The translations under genes were made by a program, and so were the position numbers. Shown piece after piece: positions 1 through 8,164 of a DNA stretch of 22,249 nt. The DNA is from Candidatus Thorarchaeota archaeon AB_25. Its GTDB lineage: Archaea; Asgardarchaeota; Thorarchaeia; Thorarchaeales; Thorarchaeaceae. The stretch spans positions 1 to 22,249 of the forward strand of contig MEHG01000028.1 of assembly GCA_001940705.1 (NCBI GenBank). The letters are read 5' to 3'. The notes under the pieces are model-generated. The model saw nothing but the letters and a program-made list of their open reading frames with translations. It was not told the DNA's origin and ran no database searches. The stretch's first letter is position 1. Each line of letters starts with the position of its first letter.

Positions 1-618
1 GTGTATCTGTTCAACGATCTCCTCAAGAGGTCGCGGAACCTGATGAACACGACACGCCAGATAGAGCGAGGCGGCAATCATCCCGAGAATGGTACGACCA
101 CGGGTAAGTCTTTTTCGTAAGGCTTTCCTGTAGATCACGGCCGAGGTCTCTCGAATCGAATACGGGATACTCAACTGAGAGCTTATTCTATGTAGCTCCG
201 TCATCGCAACTGCTAAGTTGCGTTTGTCAGAGGAGTGCACCTTGGTTCGGATTTGCCATTTTCTAAGTCTGTGAATCTCTGCTCTTCGTGTCGAAGTGAG
301 TTTTCTTCCTGATGCGTCAACGTTCTGTCGACCAATGGTAGTAGTAAGACCTTGGTCAAACTTGCTCCAGTCTGTTGGGCCTCCTACACGCTGACGGGCA
401 TTTTGCTCATCAGCAGTAAAGGCCCTCCATTCTGGACCCATATCTATGGAGCGGTCTGAAAGAACAAGTCCGCAACTAGAACAAATAACTTCTCCACGAG
501 CGTGGTCAATATAGACATCAACGCAGCTACAAGCAGAACAGATATAGCTGGCCGAACCTTTAGGCTCTCTCTTTTTTTGGGTCTTTGAGTGTCTGCTGGC
601 CAGTCCAATCATCTCCAT
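1..618 (-). CDS. tfb: Transcription initiation factor B (TFB/TFIIB homologue), first 206 codons only; the gene continues past the left edge of the window
   Basis: Absent from the supplied ORF track because it has no stop codon in the window. My translation of the reverse strand from the ATG at 618-616 reads MEMIGLASRHSKTQKKREPKGSASYICSACSCVDVYIDHARGEVICSSCGLVLSDRSIDMGPEWRAFTADEQNARQRVGGPTDWSKF...NLAVAMTELHRISSQLSIPYSIRETSAVIYRKALRKRLTRGRTILGMIAASLYLACRVHQVPRPLEEIVEQIH and stays open to position 1. It shows a CxxC-x15-CxxC zinc ribbon, the GPEWRAF reader/linker motif and the start of the first cyclin fold. Together these are the TFB signature. Confidence 0.9.
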   Translation of the reverse strand, partial: MEMIGLASRHSKTQKKREPKGSASYICSACSCVDVYIDHARGEVICSSCGLVLSDRSIDMGPEWRAFTADEQNARQRVGGPTDWSKFDQGLTTTIGRQNVDASGRKLTSTRRAEIHRLRKWQIRTKVHSSDKRNLAVAMTELHRISSQLSIPYSIRETSAVIYRKALRKRLTRGRTILGMIAASLYLACRVHQVPRPLEEIVEQIH

Positions 619-1012
619 GCAGGCTCACTCTACGAGTGGCACTGCTGTCAGAGCTGTGGGTTGATCGAATGCGTCGATTCCCCCTGGCGTGGAGAGAATC
701 CTTGTCGTTTGTGGCACTGGTGAATCGTTCAACGGGCGAACGAATACCTTTGCGCAGACAATAAAGGTAAATAAACCCTTTGTCGAATTTTTAAACAATT
801 GTTTGAACAAAAAACACCCTAATTGCACATCTTAATGCTATATTAATCAAATTGAACAATTCGAAACCGAAGCAGAAATATCTCATTCATTTTGTTACTA
901 CACATATATGGTTAAGCTCAGCCCCCCACATACCAATATACTCATCGAGTTCTAAGCGTTTCATTTATGAACACAAACTGAGAACTCTCTATTGCTTCTG
1001 GGTGAGATATAG
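619..1012. promoter_or_regulatory. Divergent intergenic region between tfb (-) and argS (+); it should contain both promoters
   Basis: A 394-nt non-coding gap between two divergent genes. The central part (about 760-960) is AT-rich with TATA-like stretches (CTATATTAAT at 838-847, ATATAT at 904-909). A 12-nt perfect palindrome AAACAATTGTTT lies at 793-804. GGTGA at 1001-1005 is a Shine-Dalgarno-like element 7 nt before the argS GTG. I cannot determine exact promoter positions from sequence alone. Confidence 0.35.
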
Positions 1013-2920
1013 GTGACAAAGATTTTCACTAACCCTTGGGAAACAGTTAGACAGGCAGTAGTGAAAATGCTGTCCGAGGTTTTCTCAGTTTCACAAGAGG
1101 TCGTCGCTGAATCAATTGAGAAACCACCAGATTCAGCTTTAGGAGACCTTGCATCAACAATTGCTTTCTCACTTTCAAAGGAACTCAAGAAGAATCCAGT
1201 AGAAGTTGTAAATGCGGTTCTATCCAAACTAGAATCTCTTGCAGATAAGGAACCAATGATTAAAGAAATCAAAACAAAGGGACCCTACATCAACATTTTC
1301 TTTGATCATGGAAAATTGGCTGAGCTGATTGTGGGAAGCGTCCTTGAGATGGGCGACTCTTATGGACGCAGCCAAGAGTTCAAGGGTCAACGAGCATTGA
1401 TTGAATCCCCGGCAGTCAATCCCTCCAAACCTTGGCACATTGGTCATGCAAGAAACGCGATCCTTGGAGACACTCTATGCAACATACTTGACTGGGTGGG
1501 TTATGATGCGGTCAGGTTAGATTATGTGAATGATCTGGGACTTCAGATTGCACAGCTGATTTGGAAACTCCTGCAAGTTGAAGATAATGGAGGCGATGAG
1601 AAGTACGATCATTATCTGGGTCATCTGTATGTTGAGGGGCAGGAAGCGTTTGATAATAATGACTCAGTTCAGGAGGCGGTTAGAGAGGTTTCCAGAAAGC
1701 TTGAGGATTTTGAGAGTAAAGAAGCAAAACTAAGTGCCAAAATGGTGACCAAGTGTCTCAATGCACAGAATGAAACTTCATACAGACTTGGCATATACCA
1801 TGACTACCAAGCGTGGGAGAGTACGATAGCACATAGTGGGCTTTTAGAACTAGCCCAGAAGATGATGCTAAAATCCGATAACATCCTGAAACTCGATGAG
1901 GGTGAAAAGGCAGGTTGTATAGTTGCAGATTTGTCAGTGATTGATGAATTCAAAGATCTGAAGGACCCCTATAAGGTATTATTCCGATCTGATGGTACTA
2001 GGACATATACTGGAGCAGATGTTGCATTTCAGCTTTGGAAGTTTGGGATTATTGAAGACCCGTTCAAATATTCCCTGTTTGAGAATCAACCCAATGGCAA
2101 ACCAGTCATGCGAACAGACCTTCAAGGTCAGAAGGTGGATTTGGGGAAGTTCGATATCGTGATGAATGTCATAGGGTCTCGACAGGCGCATCCGCAAAAA
2201 CTGGTCTACACCATCTTGGACATTCTTGGATATTCCAAAGAGAGTGAAAACTCACATCATATAGCCTACGAGTTTGTTGGACTTGAGGATGTCGATTTCT
2301 CCGGAAGGCATGGGACATGGATCGGGTATTCTACTGATGACGTGCTCGACAAAGCGACTGAACTTGCGAGAGTTGAGGTCGAAAAACGAAATCCAGACGA
2401 AGATGACACATTCAAAGATAAGGTTGCTAACCAAGTTAGTGTAGGAGCTGTACGTTATTTCATGCTGAATGCCTCTCCGGATAGGCAGATAACTTTCAGA
2501 TGGAATGAAGCTCTCGATTTCAATGGTGATGCAGCACCTTACCTTCAATACTCACATGCGAGAGCCCAGAGGATTCTGGAGAAGGCGGAGGATGAAATAA
2601 CATCTAAGATTGATCTCACACTGCTCTCAACAGATACCGAGTTCGAGTTGGTCAAGGCAATCGCACAACTCCCTGAGGAACTTCTAGAGGTGGTCAGGTC
2701 TCTCAAGAAGAGTGTGTGGGGTACTAGCTTCACATCGAATAGAATCACAGCATATACCTATAGCTTGGCTAACCTCTTCAGCAAGTTCTATGATTCGTGT
2801 CCAGTCCTCAAAGCTGAGCCAGATGTAAAGGCTTCACGGCTTGCACTTGTACGTGCATTCAAGACTTCAATGGCCAACTGTTTAACGGTCCTTGGCATCC
2901 CTGTTGTAGATCGTATGTGA
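1013..2920 (+). CDS. argS: Arginyl-tRNA synthetase (class I)
   Basis: 635-aa ORF. The class I HIGH motif appears as PSKPWHIGHARNAILGD. The C-terminal helical DALR-type anticodon-binding region (AAPYLQYSHARAQRIL...) ends in ...GIPVVDRM, the C-terminal Met typical of ArgRS. The GTG start at 1013 is preceded by GGTGA. An alternative in-frame ATG lies at 1067. Confidence 0.93.
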   Translation: MTKIFTNPWETVRQAVVKMLSEVFSVSQEVVAESIEKPPDSALGDLASTIAFSLSKELKKNPVEVVNAVLSKLESLADKEPMIKEIKTKGPYINIFFDHGKLAELIVGSVLEMGDSYGRSQEFKGQRALIESPAVNPSKPWHIGHARNAILGDTLCNILDWVGYDAVRLDYVNDLGLQIAQLIWKLLQVEDNGGDEKYDHYLGHLYVEGQEAFDNNDSVQEAVREVSRKLEDFESKEAKLSAKMVTKCLNAQNETSYRLGIYHDYQAWESTIAHSGLLELAQKMMLKSDNILKLDEGEKAGCIVADLSVIDEFKDLKDPYKVLFRSDGTRTYTGADVAFQLWKFGIIEDPFKYSLFENQPNGKPVMRTDLQGQKVDLGKFDIVMNVIGSRQAHPQKLVYTILDILGYSKESENSHHIAYEFVGLEDVDFSGRHGTWIGYSTDDVLDKATELARVEVEKRNPDEDDTFKDKVANQVSVGAVRYFMLNASPDRQITFRWNEALDFNGDAAPYLQYSHARAQRILEKAEDEITSKIDLTLLSTDTEFELVKAIAQLPEELLEVVRSLKKSVWGTSFTSNRITAYTYSLANLFSKFYDSCPVLKAEPDVKASRLALVRAFKTSMANCLTVLGIPVVDRM

Positions 2921-2921
2921 T

Positions 2922-4271
2922 CTATCCTGAGGTGACAGTGGCTTTTTCAACAACAAATGAAGGTGTAATCATTGCCAGTGTGGTTTGGGAGTCACTTCCA
3001 ACTCGACTGATACGTTGTAGCAAGTCGCGCATATTTATTCCAACAAGTGTGTTCTTGAGAGGGTGTTTGATTTCCCCTCTTTCAATGTAGAAACCCTCGT
3101 ATAGCATAGCGCTGAGATCGCCTGTAGTCATGTTTGGCTGATCTGCAGTATTCCTACATAGAACACCCCTATCTATCTCTGAAACCAGATCATCCAGAGT
3201 TCCCTTCCCGGGAGAAATGATGAAGTTCGAGGTGGAGATTGATGGAAGACCTGAATAAGAAGGTCTACTGGCATTCCCAGTATTTTCCACCCCGTCTTTG
3301 TTTGCAGTGTAGGAGTTATGGAGTAGCCCCTTCAACACGCCTCCGTCAATTATCGAGGTTCGTTGTGAAGGATATCCCTCAGCATCGAAAGTTCTTGAGC
3401 CCAATCCTGCCGTCAACAAGGCGTCATCAACAATCGCTAGGTGTTCCGAAGCGATTGTGTCACCAAAAGCATCAGTGATGTATGAACGCCCTTTCTGCAC
3501 TTCCTCAGCGTACACTGCACCGGCAAATCCACGTCCTATGACAGTTCCTGCTGCAAGTGGAGTGAAAATCACTGGCATCTCACCACTCTCGATTGTCTTG
3601 GGATTGAGTAGATTGAGTGCGAGTTCAGCAGCATGCTCTCCGACTCGTTCAGGGTCTATCTCACTGAAATCCCGAGTTATTTGATAGTCATAACTCATTG
3701 TTTGATCGTTTCCTTCCTTTACATTGGGAGAAGAGTACAGCAGAATGGATGAACGTGGTTCAGAGAATGAGATACCCAATGAATTTACTACCGCATTCAT
3801 TCCTGAAGAGCTCTGAACTCCAGCAGTGATTGCATAATCTCGTCCTTCAAGAGCCTGTTTCGAAGAGTCAATGACTCTGATTATCAGGTTTGCAGTTACT
3901 TCTGAAGGAAGATCCGCGATGTTTTTGTCAAAGAGACCCTTCACCGTTGAGTATGAGTTGTCAGCTGACGGGAGACTGATGAACTCCGGATCAGGGATTG
4001 ATGCTTTAGCAAGTTTCACTGAACTAGTGACTGCCTCACGTATGTCATCATCTGAAAGTGTGGTGACAAATGCAAACCCAATCTTTTTGTCGATGACAGA
4101 TCGAATGCCAATGCCAGCATCTAGTTTCTCCTCTGCATTTCGAATTGCAGAGTTCTCAGCCTCAATAGCGAAAGCACGTGATTGGCCTACGTAAGCCTCA
4201 GCCTGAGAGGCCCCCAGTTTCTCGGCCATTCCTACGGCAGTTTCGGCTATCTCAAGAAGCTGTTCCTTCAT
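2922..4271 (-). CDS. pmbA: PmbA/TldE-type subunit of the TldD/PmbA metalloprotease family
   Basis: 449-aa ORF with TldD/PmbA-family features, including the C-terminal ENTGNASRPSYSGLPSISTSNFIISPG block. It has no HExxxH motif, which fits the PmbA/TldE partner. Its ATG (4271-4269) directly abuts the tldD stop TAA (4274-4272), suggesting translational coupling. Confidence 0.85.
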   Translation of the reverse strand: MKEQLLEIAETAVGMAEKLGASQAEAYVGQSRAFAIEAENSAIRNAEEKLDAGIGIRSVIDKKIGFAFVTTLSDDDIREAVTSSVKLAKASIPDPEFISLPSADNSYSTVKGLFDKNIADLPSEVTANLIIRVIDSSKQALEGRDYAITAGVQSSSGMNAVVNSLGISFSEPRSSILLYSSPNVKEGNDQTMSYDYQITRDFSEIDPERVGEHAAELALNLLNPKTIESGEMPVIFTPLAAGTVIGRGFAGAVYAEEVQKGRSYITDAFGDTIASEHLAIVDDALLTAGLGSRTFDAEGYPSQRTSIIDGGVLKGLLHNSYTANKDGVENTGNASRPSYSGLPSISTSNFIISPGKGTLDDLVSEIDRGVLCRNTADQPNMTTGDLSAMLYEGFYIERGEIKHPLKNTLVGINMRDLLQRISRVGSDSQTTLAMITPSFVVEKATVTSG

Positions 4272-5657
4272 TTACATACCTCCTACGGGTACCTGTCGGA
4301 ATCTTGCGTGAGGGCCTCCTGTCATTGTGGGAACATACTGGCCGTCTTTGCCACAAGATCCTGCTTCCAATTCGAATTCTTTTCCAATACCATCGACCTT
4401 CGCTAATATCTCAAGGATATTCCCTGCAAGTGAAACATCTCGAACCATTATTCCTTTCTCACCATTTTCGATCAAATACCCATAACTGGCTTGGAACATG
4501 AATTGACCCTTTACAGGTTGTGTATACCCATAGTTCATGTTACAAAGAAGAATGCCCTGTTTCGTATCCTCTATGAGTTCATTTACATCCCAGTCGCCTG
4601 GTTCCATGAAGGTGTTGCTCATTCGAGGGATGGGGACATGCATGAAAGACTGAGCTCTTGCTGCACCATTCGGCTCCATTTCTAACCTGCTTGAGGTCTC
4701 TAGACTGTGAAGGAGATCCGTCAGTACACCATCTTTCACCAAGTGTCGTTTCTTTGTCTTTGTGCCTTCCCAATCATATTCGGTAGACCCACGCATTCCA
4801 GTCAATGTCGGGTCATCACTTATGCTAAGGTATTCAGGACCCACCTCTTCGTTGACCTTATCCTCAAGCACAGTTGAGTGGGATAGCCAGTTGTCAGCTT
4901 CTGCTGCATGGCCAAAAGCCTCATGGGTTACTACACCATTTAACGCAGGGTCGAGAACCACATCATAGACGCCACCCTCAGCTGATTTTGAGGATAAAAG
5001 ATCGATTGCTAGTTTTGCGGCCTTCGTACCAATGTTCTGTGCTTCTTCGGTTTCCATTTCTTCGAAGCCACTTCGAACACTTATGGACTGTTGAATCCGC
5101 TGTCTGTTTGAACCTTCCTTTGCAGTTGGAATTGAAATGATTCTAGGAATAGCATTCTGAAGAGTGACACGTGTTCCCAAAGAGTTTGCAATGTATATCT
5201 CGGATGTCAGTTCTCCATAGATGGTCCTAGTACCTACAATTCGCTTATCAAAATCACGTGATTGTTCATCAATTATCTGTACAAATTCCATCTTCTCATC
5301 AATTGACACACTATCGAATGGTTTCTTCACTTTCAGTCTGACTTTATCCTCAAACACGGGTCCATCGATTGTGAAGCGTTCAGCGACCTTCTCTTGAGTG
5401 GCTAAGGCTAGTTTTGCCACAGACTCACCAGTTGTTCGCATCCCATCACGTGCCAGATTTGTAGTCTGAGCAAAAGCCCATGCGCCATCAATGAATGCAC
5501 GGATTCCTGCCCCTTTCATGCGAGAAGCCATAGACTGTCTTGTGATACCATCATTGAGTTCGATTATTGTAGTGGTGGAGTTCTCAATTCGCACATCTGC
5601 AAAACTAACACCGGTTTTTAGAGCCGCGTCAATAGCTGTCTGAGCAAGGTCTTCCAT
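4272..5657 (-). CDS. tldD: TldD-type zinc metalloprotease
   Basis: Carries an HExxxH zinc motif (THEAFGHAAEAD) and the family block NGAARAQSFMHVPIPRMSNTFMEPG. The ORF track extends it to a GTG at 5771 (499 aa). That extra N-terminus (MYYSGNIRVSHLDIPKECTCHISYIRHQ...) does not look protein-like, whereas the ATG at 5657 gives MEDLAQTAIDAALKTGVSFADVRIE, a typical TldD N-terminus. The start choice remains uncertain. Confidence 0.85.
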   Translation of the reverse strand: MEDLAQTAIDAALKTGVSFADVRIENSTTTIIELNDGITRQSMASRMKGAGIRAFIDGAWAFAQTTNLARDGMRTTGESVAKLALATQEKVAERFTIDGPVFEDKVRLKVKKPFDSVSIDEKMEFVQIIDEQSRDFDKRIVGTRTIYGELTSEIYIANSLGTRVTLQNAIPRIISIPTAKEGSNRQRIQQSISVRSGFEEMETEEAQNIGTKAAKLAIDLLSSKSAEGGVYDVVLDPALNGVVTHEAFGHAAEADNWLSHSTVLEDKVNEEVGPEYLSISDDPTLTGMRGSTEYDWEGTKTKKRHLVKDGVLTDLLHSLETSSRLEMEPNGAARAQSFMHVPIPRMSNTFMEPGDWDVNELIEDTKQGILLCNMNYGYTQPVKGQFMFQASYGYLIENGEKGIMVRDVSLAGNILEILAKVDGIGKEFELEAGSCGKDGQYVPTMTGGPHARFRQVPVGGM

Positions 5658-5823
5658 GTATATCGCCTTTGGATTAAGCCCCAGCCCCTGATGTCGGATA
5701 TAACTGATATGGCATGTACATTCCTTCGGAATGTCAAGATGGGATACCCTAATGTTCCCAGAATAATACACGGGTTATTCTTGGATAACTCCCCGATGTA
5801 AGTAGACTACCGGAGGTTCTCAC

Positions 5824-7401
5824 TTGACAAAAGACCCCTCATTTGGACAATGTAGATCATGTCAATCAGACAGAGCCACACACATGTGTGAGGACTGTGG
5901 AGCAGCCTTATGTTCAGAGTGTCTTGAATCAAGATCTAGTGAGTACACCGTTTGTAGTGACTGTCATCACACCCTTGGTTCTCCAATGCCCGGTGAGAAA
6001 TTCGAAGAGTGTCCACAGTGTGAATCGAAGGAGCTAAGCAAGGGAAGAAAGACTGTAGACATATGTCCAAGATGTCACTCCTCAAGAGTAGTGTTTTTGG
6101 AAGACCGAAGAAGGACACTGGCCTTGGACATGCGACATGCAATAATGTCAATTCAATACGGGCACACAAAACTCAGAGAGTTCGCAAACAAGCTTGCAGG
6201 CTCAAAGAGACTACTTGTATCACTTAGGATGGCTAACTTTCTACATTATAGATGGATTGAGGAAAAGATTGAGAGCATGCAGAGTGAGCTCCCAGCTATC
6301 AAGAATAGAATTTCTAGCCAGGCCGAAATCATTGCGAAAAGGATGGCTGCTGAAACTAAAGACTTCATAGATTATACGAAGTGGAATCCTACGCAGTTCC
6401 CATTCATTGAAGGGATAACAAATAGGATCACAGAGATGGGCATATACTACAAACAAAATGTCGACGAATCACTTGAATCTCTTAGAGGAACGCTAAAGGA
6501 TGTCAGAAGACAACTTGATGGACTTGACTACTACAAGGGACAATTCACTGCATTCTATGAGTACGGTCAGCTTTCCGTTGGAGAACTTCCAGTCTGTGCA
6601 CTTCCTGAAATCAAAATTACAGGGAGCGATTTTCTCAAGAATGATAAGGCCTTTGGAACACTTTTCATCACCAATAAAAGACTCCTCTTCATTGCTGAAA
6701 CTGGACGAGTCCGGAAGAAGATGGAAACAGTCTTTGACTTTCCATTAATCTATTTGAAATCCATTGAAGAAGACGGACGATTAAGAAAGCGCGTAGTTCT
6801 GAAACTGAAACAAGGAGAAATCAAAGCATCCTGCTCAGATCAGACAAAGAAGGTTCTTCCGGATTATATTGAGATTGCTAGGAAGTTTGAGAAGTATATT
6901 CAAACAGACATGCAAAGGGTCAGGAAGATTGAACAGGCCGATATCAGTACAAGTGACGTGAGGCTCAAAATCGAAGGCATGGTTTACTCACTTCTTTCTA
7001 CTAATGACAGGTCACAGTACAATGAAGAAATGCCTTTGATGCGACCAGTTCCAAGACCTCGGGTCGGTGATTGGAAATCGACACCTATTCGTCATTATCC
7101 CTATGATGGCTACTACAGGAAACCTGAATCATTCCATGATGAGCTCGACCGAGTCATTGGACAATATGATCAGAGACCAAGTGCACGACCAACTTACGAT
7201 GCAAGTCCTAGAGTGCATTCATTGCAAAGAGATGCAGCATCAATTGAAAATGCAATTCGGGATGCAGTACATATGCTACGTAGTGGGCAGCTTGCTGCTG
7301 AAGACTTCATTAGGAGATACAGAGATCTGATGAGGGATTCGTATCACAACAGACGTGAGATTGAACGTGTCACAAGAGAAACTCGAGACAAGCTCTGGTA
7401 A
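5824..7401 (+). CDS. Uncharacterised multi-zinc-finger protein with a central PH-like (GRAM/GLUE-type) domain, encoded in the ESCRT neighbourhood
   Basis: 525-aa ORF.
- Start: TTG at 5824, preceded by GGAGG at 5812-5816 (7-nt spacer).
- Residues 10-84: six CxxC pairs, CRSC-x8-CEDC-x4-CSEC-x10-CSDC followed by CPQC-x14-CPRC.
- Residues about 100-250: predicted helical.
- Residues about 255-350: KAFGTLFITNKRLLFIAETGRVRKKMETVFDFPLIYLKSIEEDGRLRKRVVLKLKQGEIKA, a PH-GRAM/GLUE-like pattern.
- C-terminus: a Pro/Arg/Tyr-rich low-complexity stretch followed by a basic helix.

The coding call is solid. The function is inferred. Confidence 0.8.
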   Translation: MTKDPSFGQCRSCQSDRATHMCEDCGAALCSECLESRSSEYTVCSDCHHTLGSPMPGEKFEECPQCESKELSKGRKTVDICPRCHSSRVVFLEDRRRTLALDMRHAIMSIQYGHTKLREFANKLAGSKRLLVSLRMANFLHYRWIEEKIESMQSELPAIKNRISSQAEIIAKRMAAETKDFIDYTKWNPTQFPFIEGITNRITEMGIYYKQNVDESLESLRGTLKDVRRQLDGLDYYKGQFTAFYEYGQLSVGELPVCALPEIKITGSDFLKNDKAFGTLFITNKRLLFIAETGRVRKKMETVFDFPLIYLKSIEEDGRLRKRVVLKLKQGEIKASCSDQTKKVLPDYIEIARKFEKYIQTDMQRVRKIEQADISTSDVRLKIEGMVYSLLSTNDRSQYNEEMPLMRPVPRPRVGDWKSTPIRHYPYDGYYRKPESFHDELDRVIGQYDQRPSARPTYDASPRVHSLQRDAASIENAIRDAVHMLRSGQLAAEDFIRRYRDLMRDSYHNRREIERVTRETRDKLW

Positions 7402-7403
7402 TC

Positions 7404-8021
7404 CTATACACCAAGTTCCCGTTCCAATGCCTTGATGTCTTCCTCAAGAGAGTCAGCTTCACCTGCTGGTCTTGTAGCTATAGGAGCATCAGCCAATCCA
7501 GCCTCAGCATCAATTTCCTGAAAGGCAGAGGACAAGTCCTCAGAGGTTATTTCCATGGTTGAATCAAGTGCCTCATCAGAAATACTTGCCTCAATCTCGA
7601 ACTCCTCAAGGCGGCGAGCAATCTCATCAACATTGGCAACAACCTTTGAAGCATCACTACCATCGCCAAGCATTCCAAGGATTTTTGCCACCTCTTGAAG
7701 AGCTTTTTGTGTCTTCGCAGAGGTCTGAGCACGATTCAGGTGAGCCAGAATCTTTAGTATTTGCAGACGTGACTTGTCAACAGAGAGCGCATATCTGCGA
7801 AACCGCACCATCTCAGTGGCATATGTTCGATAAGCTTCCGTCTGACCAGCCTTTCTTGCACGTACTGCACGTGCTTTTGTATCACGTTCTTCTTTCTCCA
7901 ACTTGTTCCTTTGGCGCGCTAGTTGTTTGGACAAAATCCTGAGGCGGCTGGATATCTCACCGATGTCCGGTTTCTTTCTACCCCAGGAAAATGCCTTTCT
8001 AATTGAACCCAAGAATCTCAC
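7404..8021 (-). CDS. ESCRT-III subunit (Snf7/CHMP family)
   Basis: 205-aa ORF with the ESCRT-III layout.
- A basic N-terminal segment (MRFLGSIRKAFSWGRKKPD).
- A long basic helical hairpin (LRILSKQLARQRNKLEKEERDTKARAVRARKAGQTEAYRTYATEMVRFRRYALSVDKSRLQILKI...).
- An acidic C-terminal half ending in an amphipathic helix (SLEEDIKALERELGV).

It is divergently adjacent to vps4. The start is a GTG at 8021 or a TTG three codons later, which is preceded by GGTGA. Confidence 0.85.
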   Translation of the reverse strand: MRFLGSIRKAFSWGRKKPDIGEISSRLRILSKQLARQRNKLEKEERDTKARAVRARKAGQTEAYRTYATEMVRFRRYALSVDKSRLQILKILAHLNRAQTSAKTQKALQEVAKILGMLGDGSDASKVVANVDEIARRLEEFEIEASISDEALDSTMEITSEDLSSAFQEIDAEAGLADAPIATRPAGEADSLEEDIKALERELGV

Positions 8022-8164
8022 CTTATACTAGGAGTGTTAATTCAGGTCTTTCAGTGGGAAGTTAGCGTTTAAACCTTCGCAGTTCCCAGATGATGTTATG
8101 TATGTATGTACCGGGTGTGACAGAAATTCTTAACACCTTACGGACAGTGTTCACATGAACTCGA
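8022..8164. promoter_or_regulatory. Divergent intergenic region that should hold the ESCRT-III (-) and vps4 (+) promoters
   Basis: A 143-nt gap between divergent genes. It contains a TTTAAA element at about 8068-8073 and a (TATG)x3.5 tract at 8097-8110 as TATA-like candidates. I cannot determine exact transcription start sites. Confidence 0.35.

Noticed and set aside
625-828. 67-aa minus-strand ORF from the track, directly upstream of tfb
   Set aside because: It has a GTG start inside the AT-rich promoter-like region and overlaps the palindrome. The sequence is compositionally odd, with no recognisable motif. It is more likely tfb leader or promoter sequence than a gene.
961-1447. Minus-strand ORFs of 103 aa and 72 aa antisense to the 5' part of argS
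   Set aside because: These are shadow ORFs opposite a strongly supported synthetase gene. They are low-complexity and Ser/Thr-rich with no motifs.
3239-5140. Several plus-strand ORFs of 64-107 aa antisense to pmbA and tldD
   Set aside because: All lie opposite well-supported TldD/PmbA-family genes. Their translations are Ser/Pro/Arg-rich, as is typical of antisense frames.
5658-5771. 38-codon N-terminal extension of tldD to a GTG at 5771, as given in the ORF track
   Set aside because: The extension (MYYSGNIRVSHLDIPKECTCHISYIRHQGLGLNPKAIY) does not resemble TldD N-termini, whereas the ATG at 5657 starts a typical one. I kept it as an alternative only.
7559-7942. 127-aa plus-strand ORF antisense to the ESCRT-III gene
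   Set aside because: It is a shadow ORF of a biased (Lys/Arg/Glu/Ala-rich) helical gene. The translation is Gln/His/Pro/Ser-rich with no motif.
8097-8110. (TATG)x3.5 microsatellite-like tract
   Set aside because: It is too short to call a repeat feature. It is mentioned only as a possible TATA-like element in the promoter feature.
8034-8136. Inverted 7-mer GTGTTAA (8034-8040) / TTAACAC (8130-8136) flanking the ESCRT-III/vps4 divergent promoter region, read as a possible shared operator
   Set aside because: By rough expectation, a 7-nt inverted match within 143 nt occurs by chance about half the time. The flanks do not extend the match cleanly, and the two copies sit at different distances from the two start codons.
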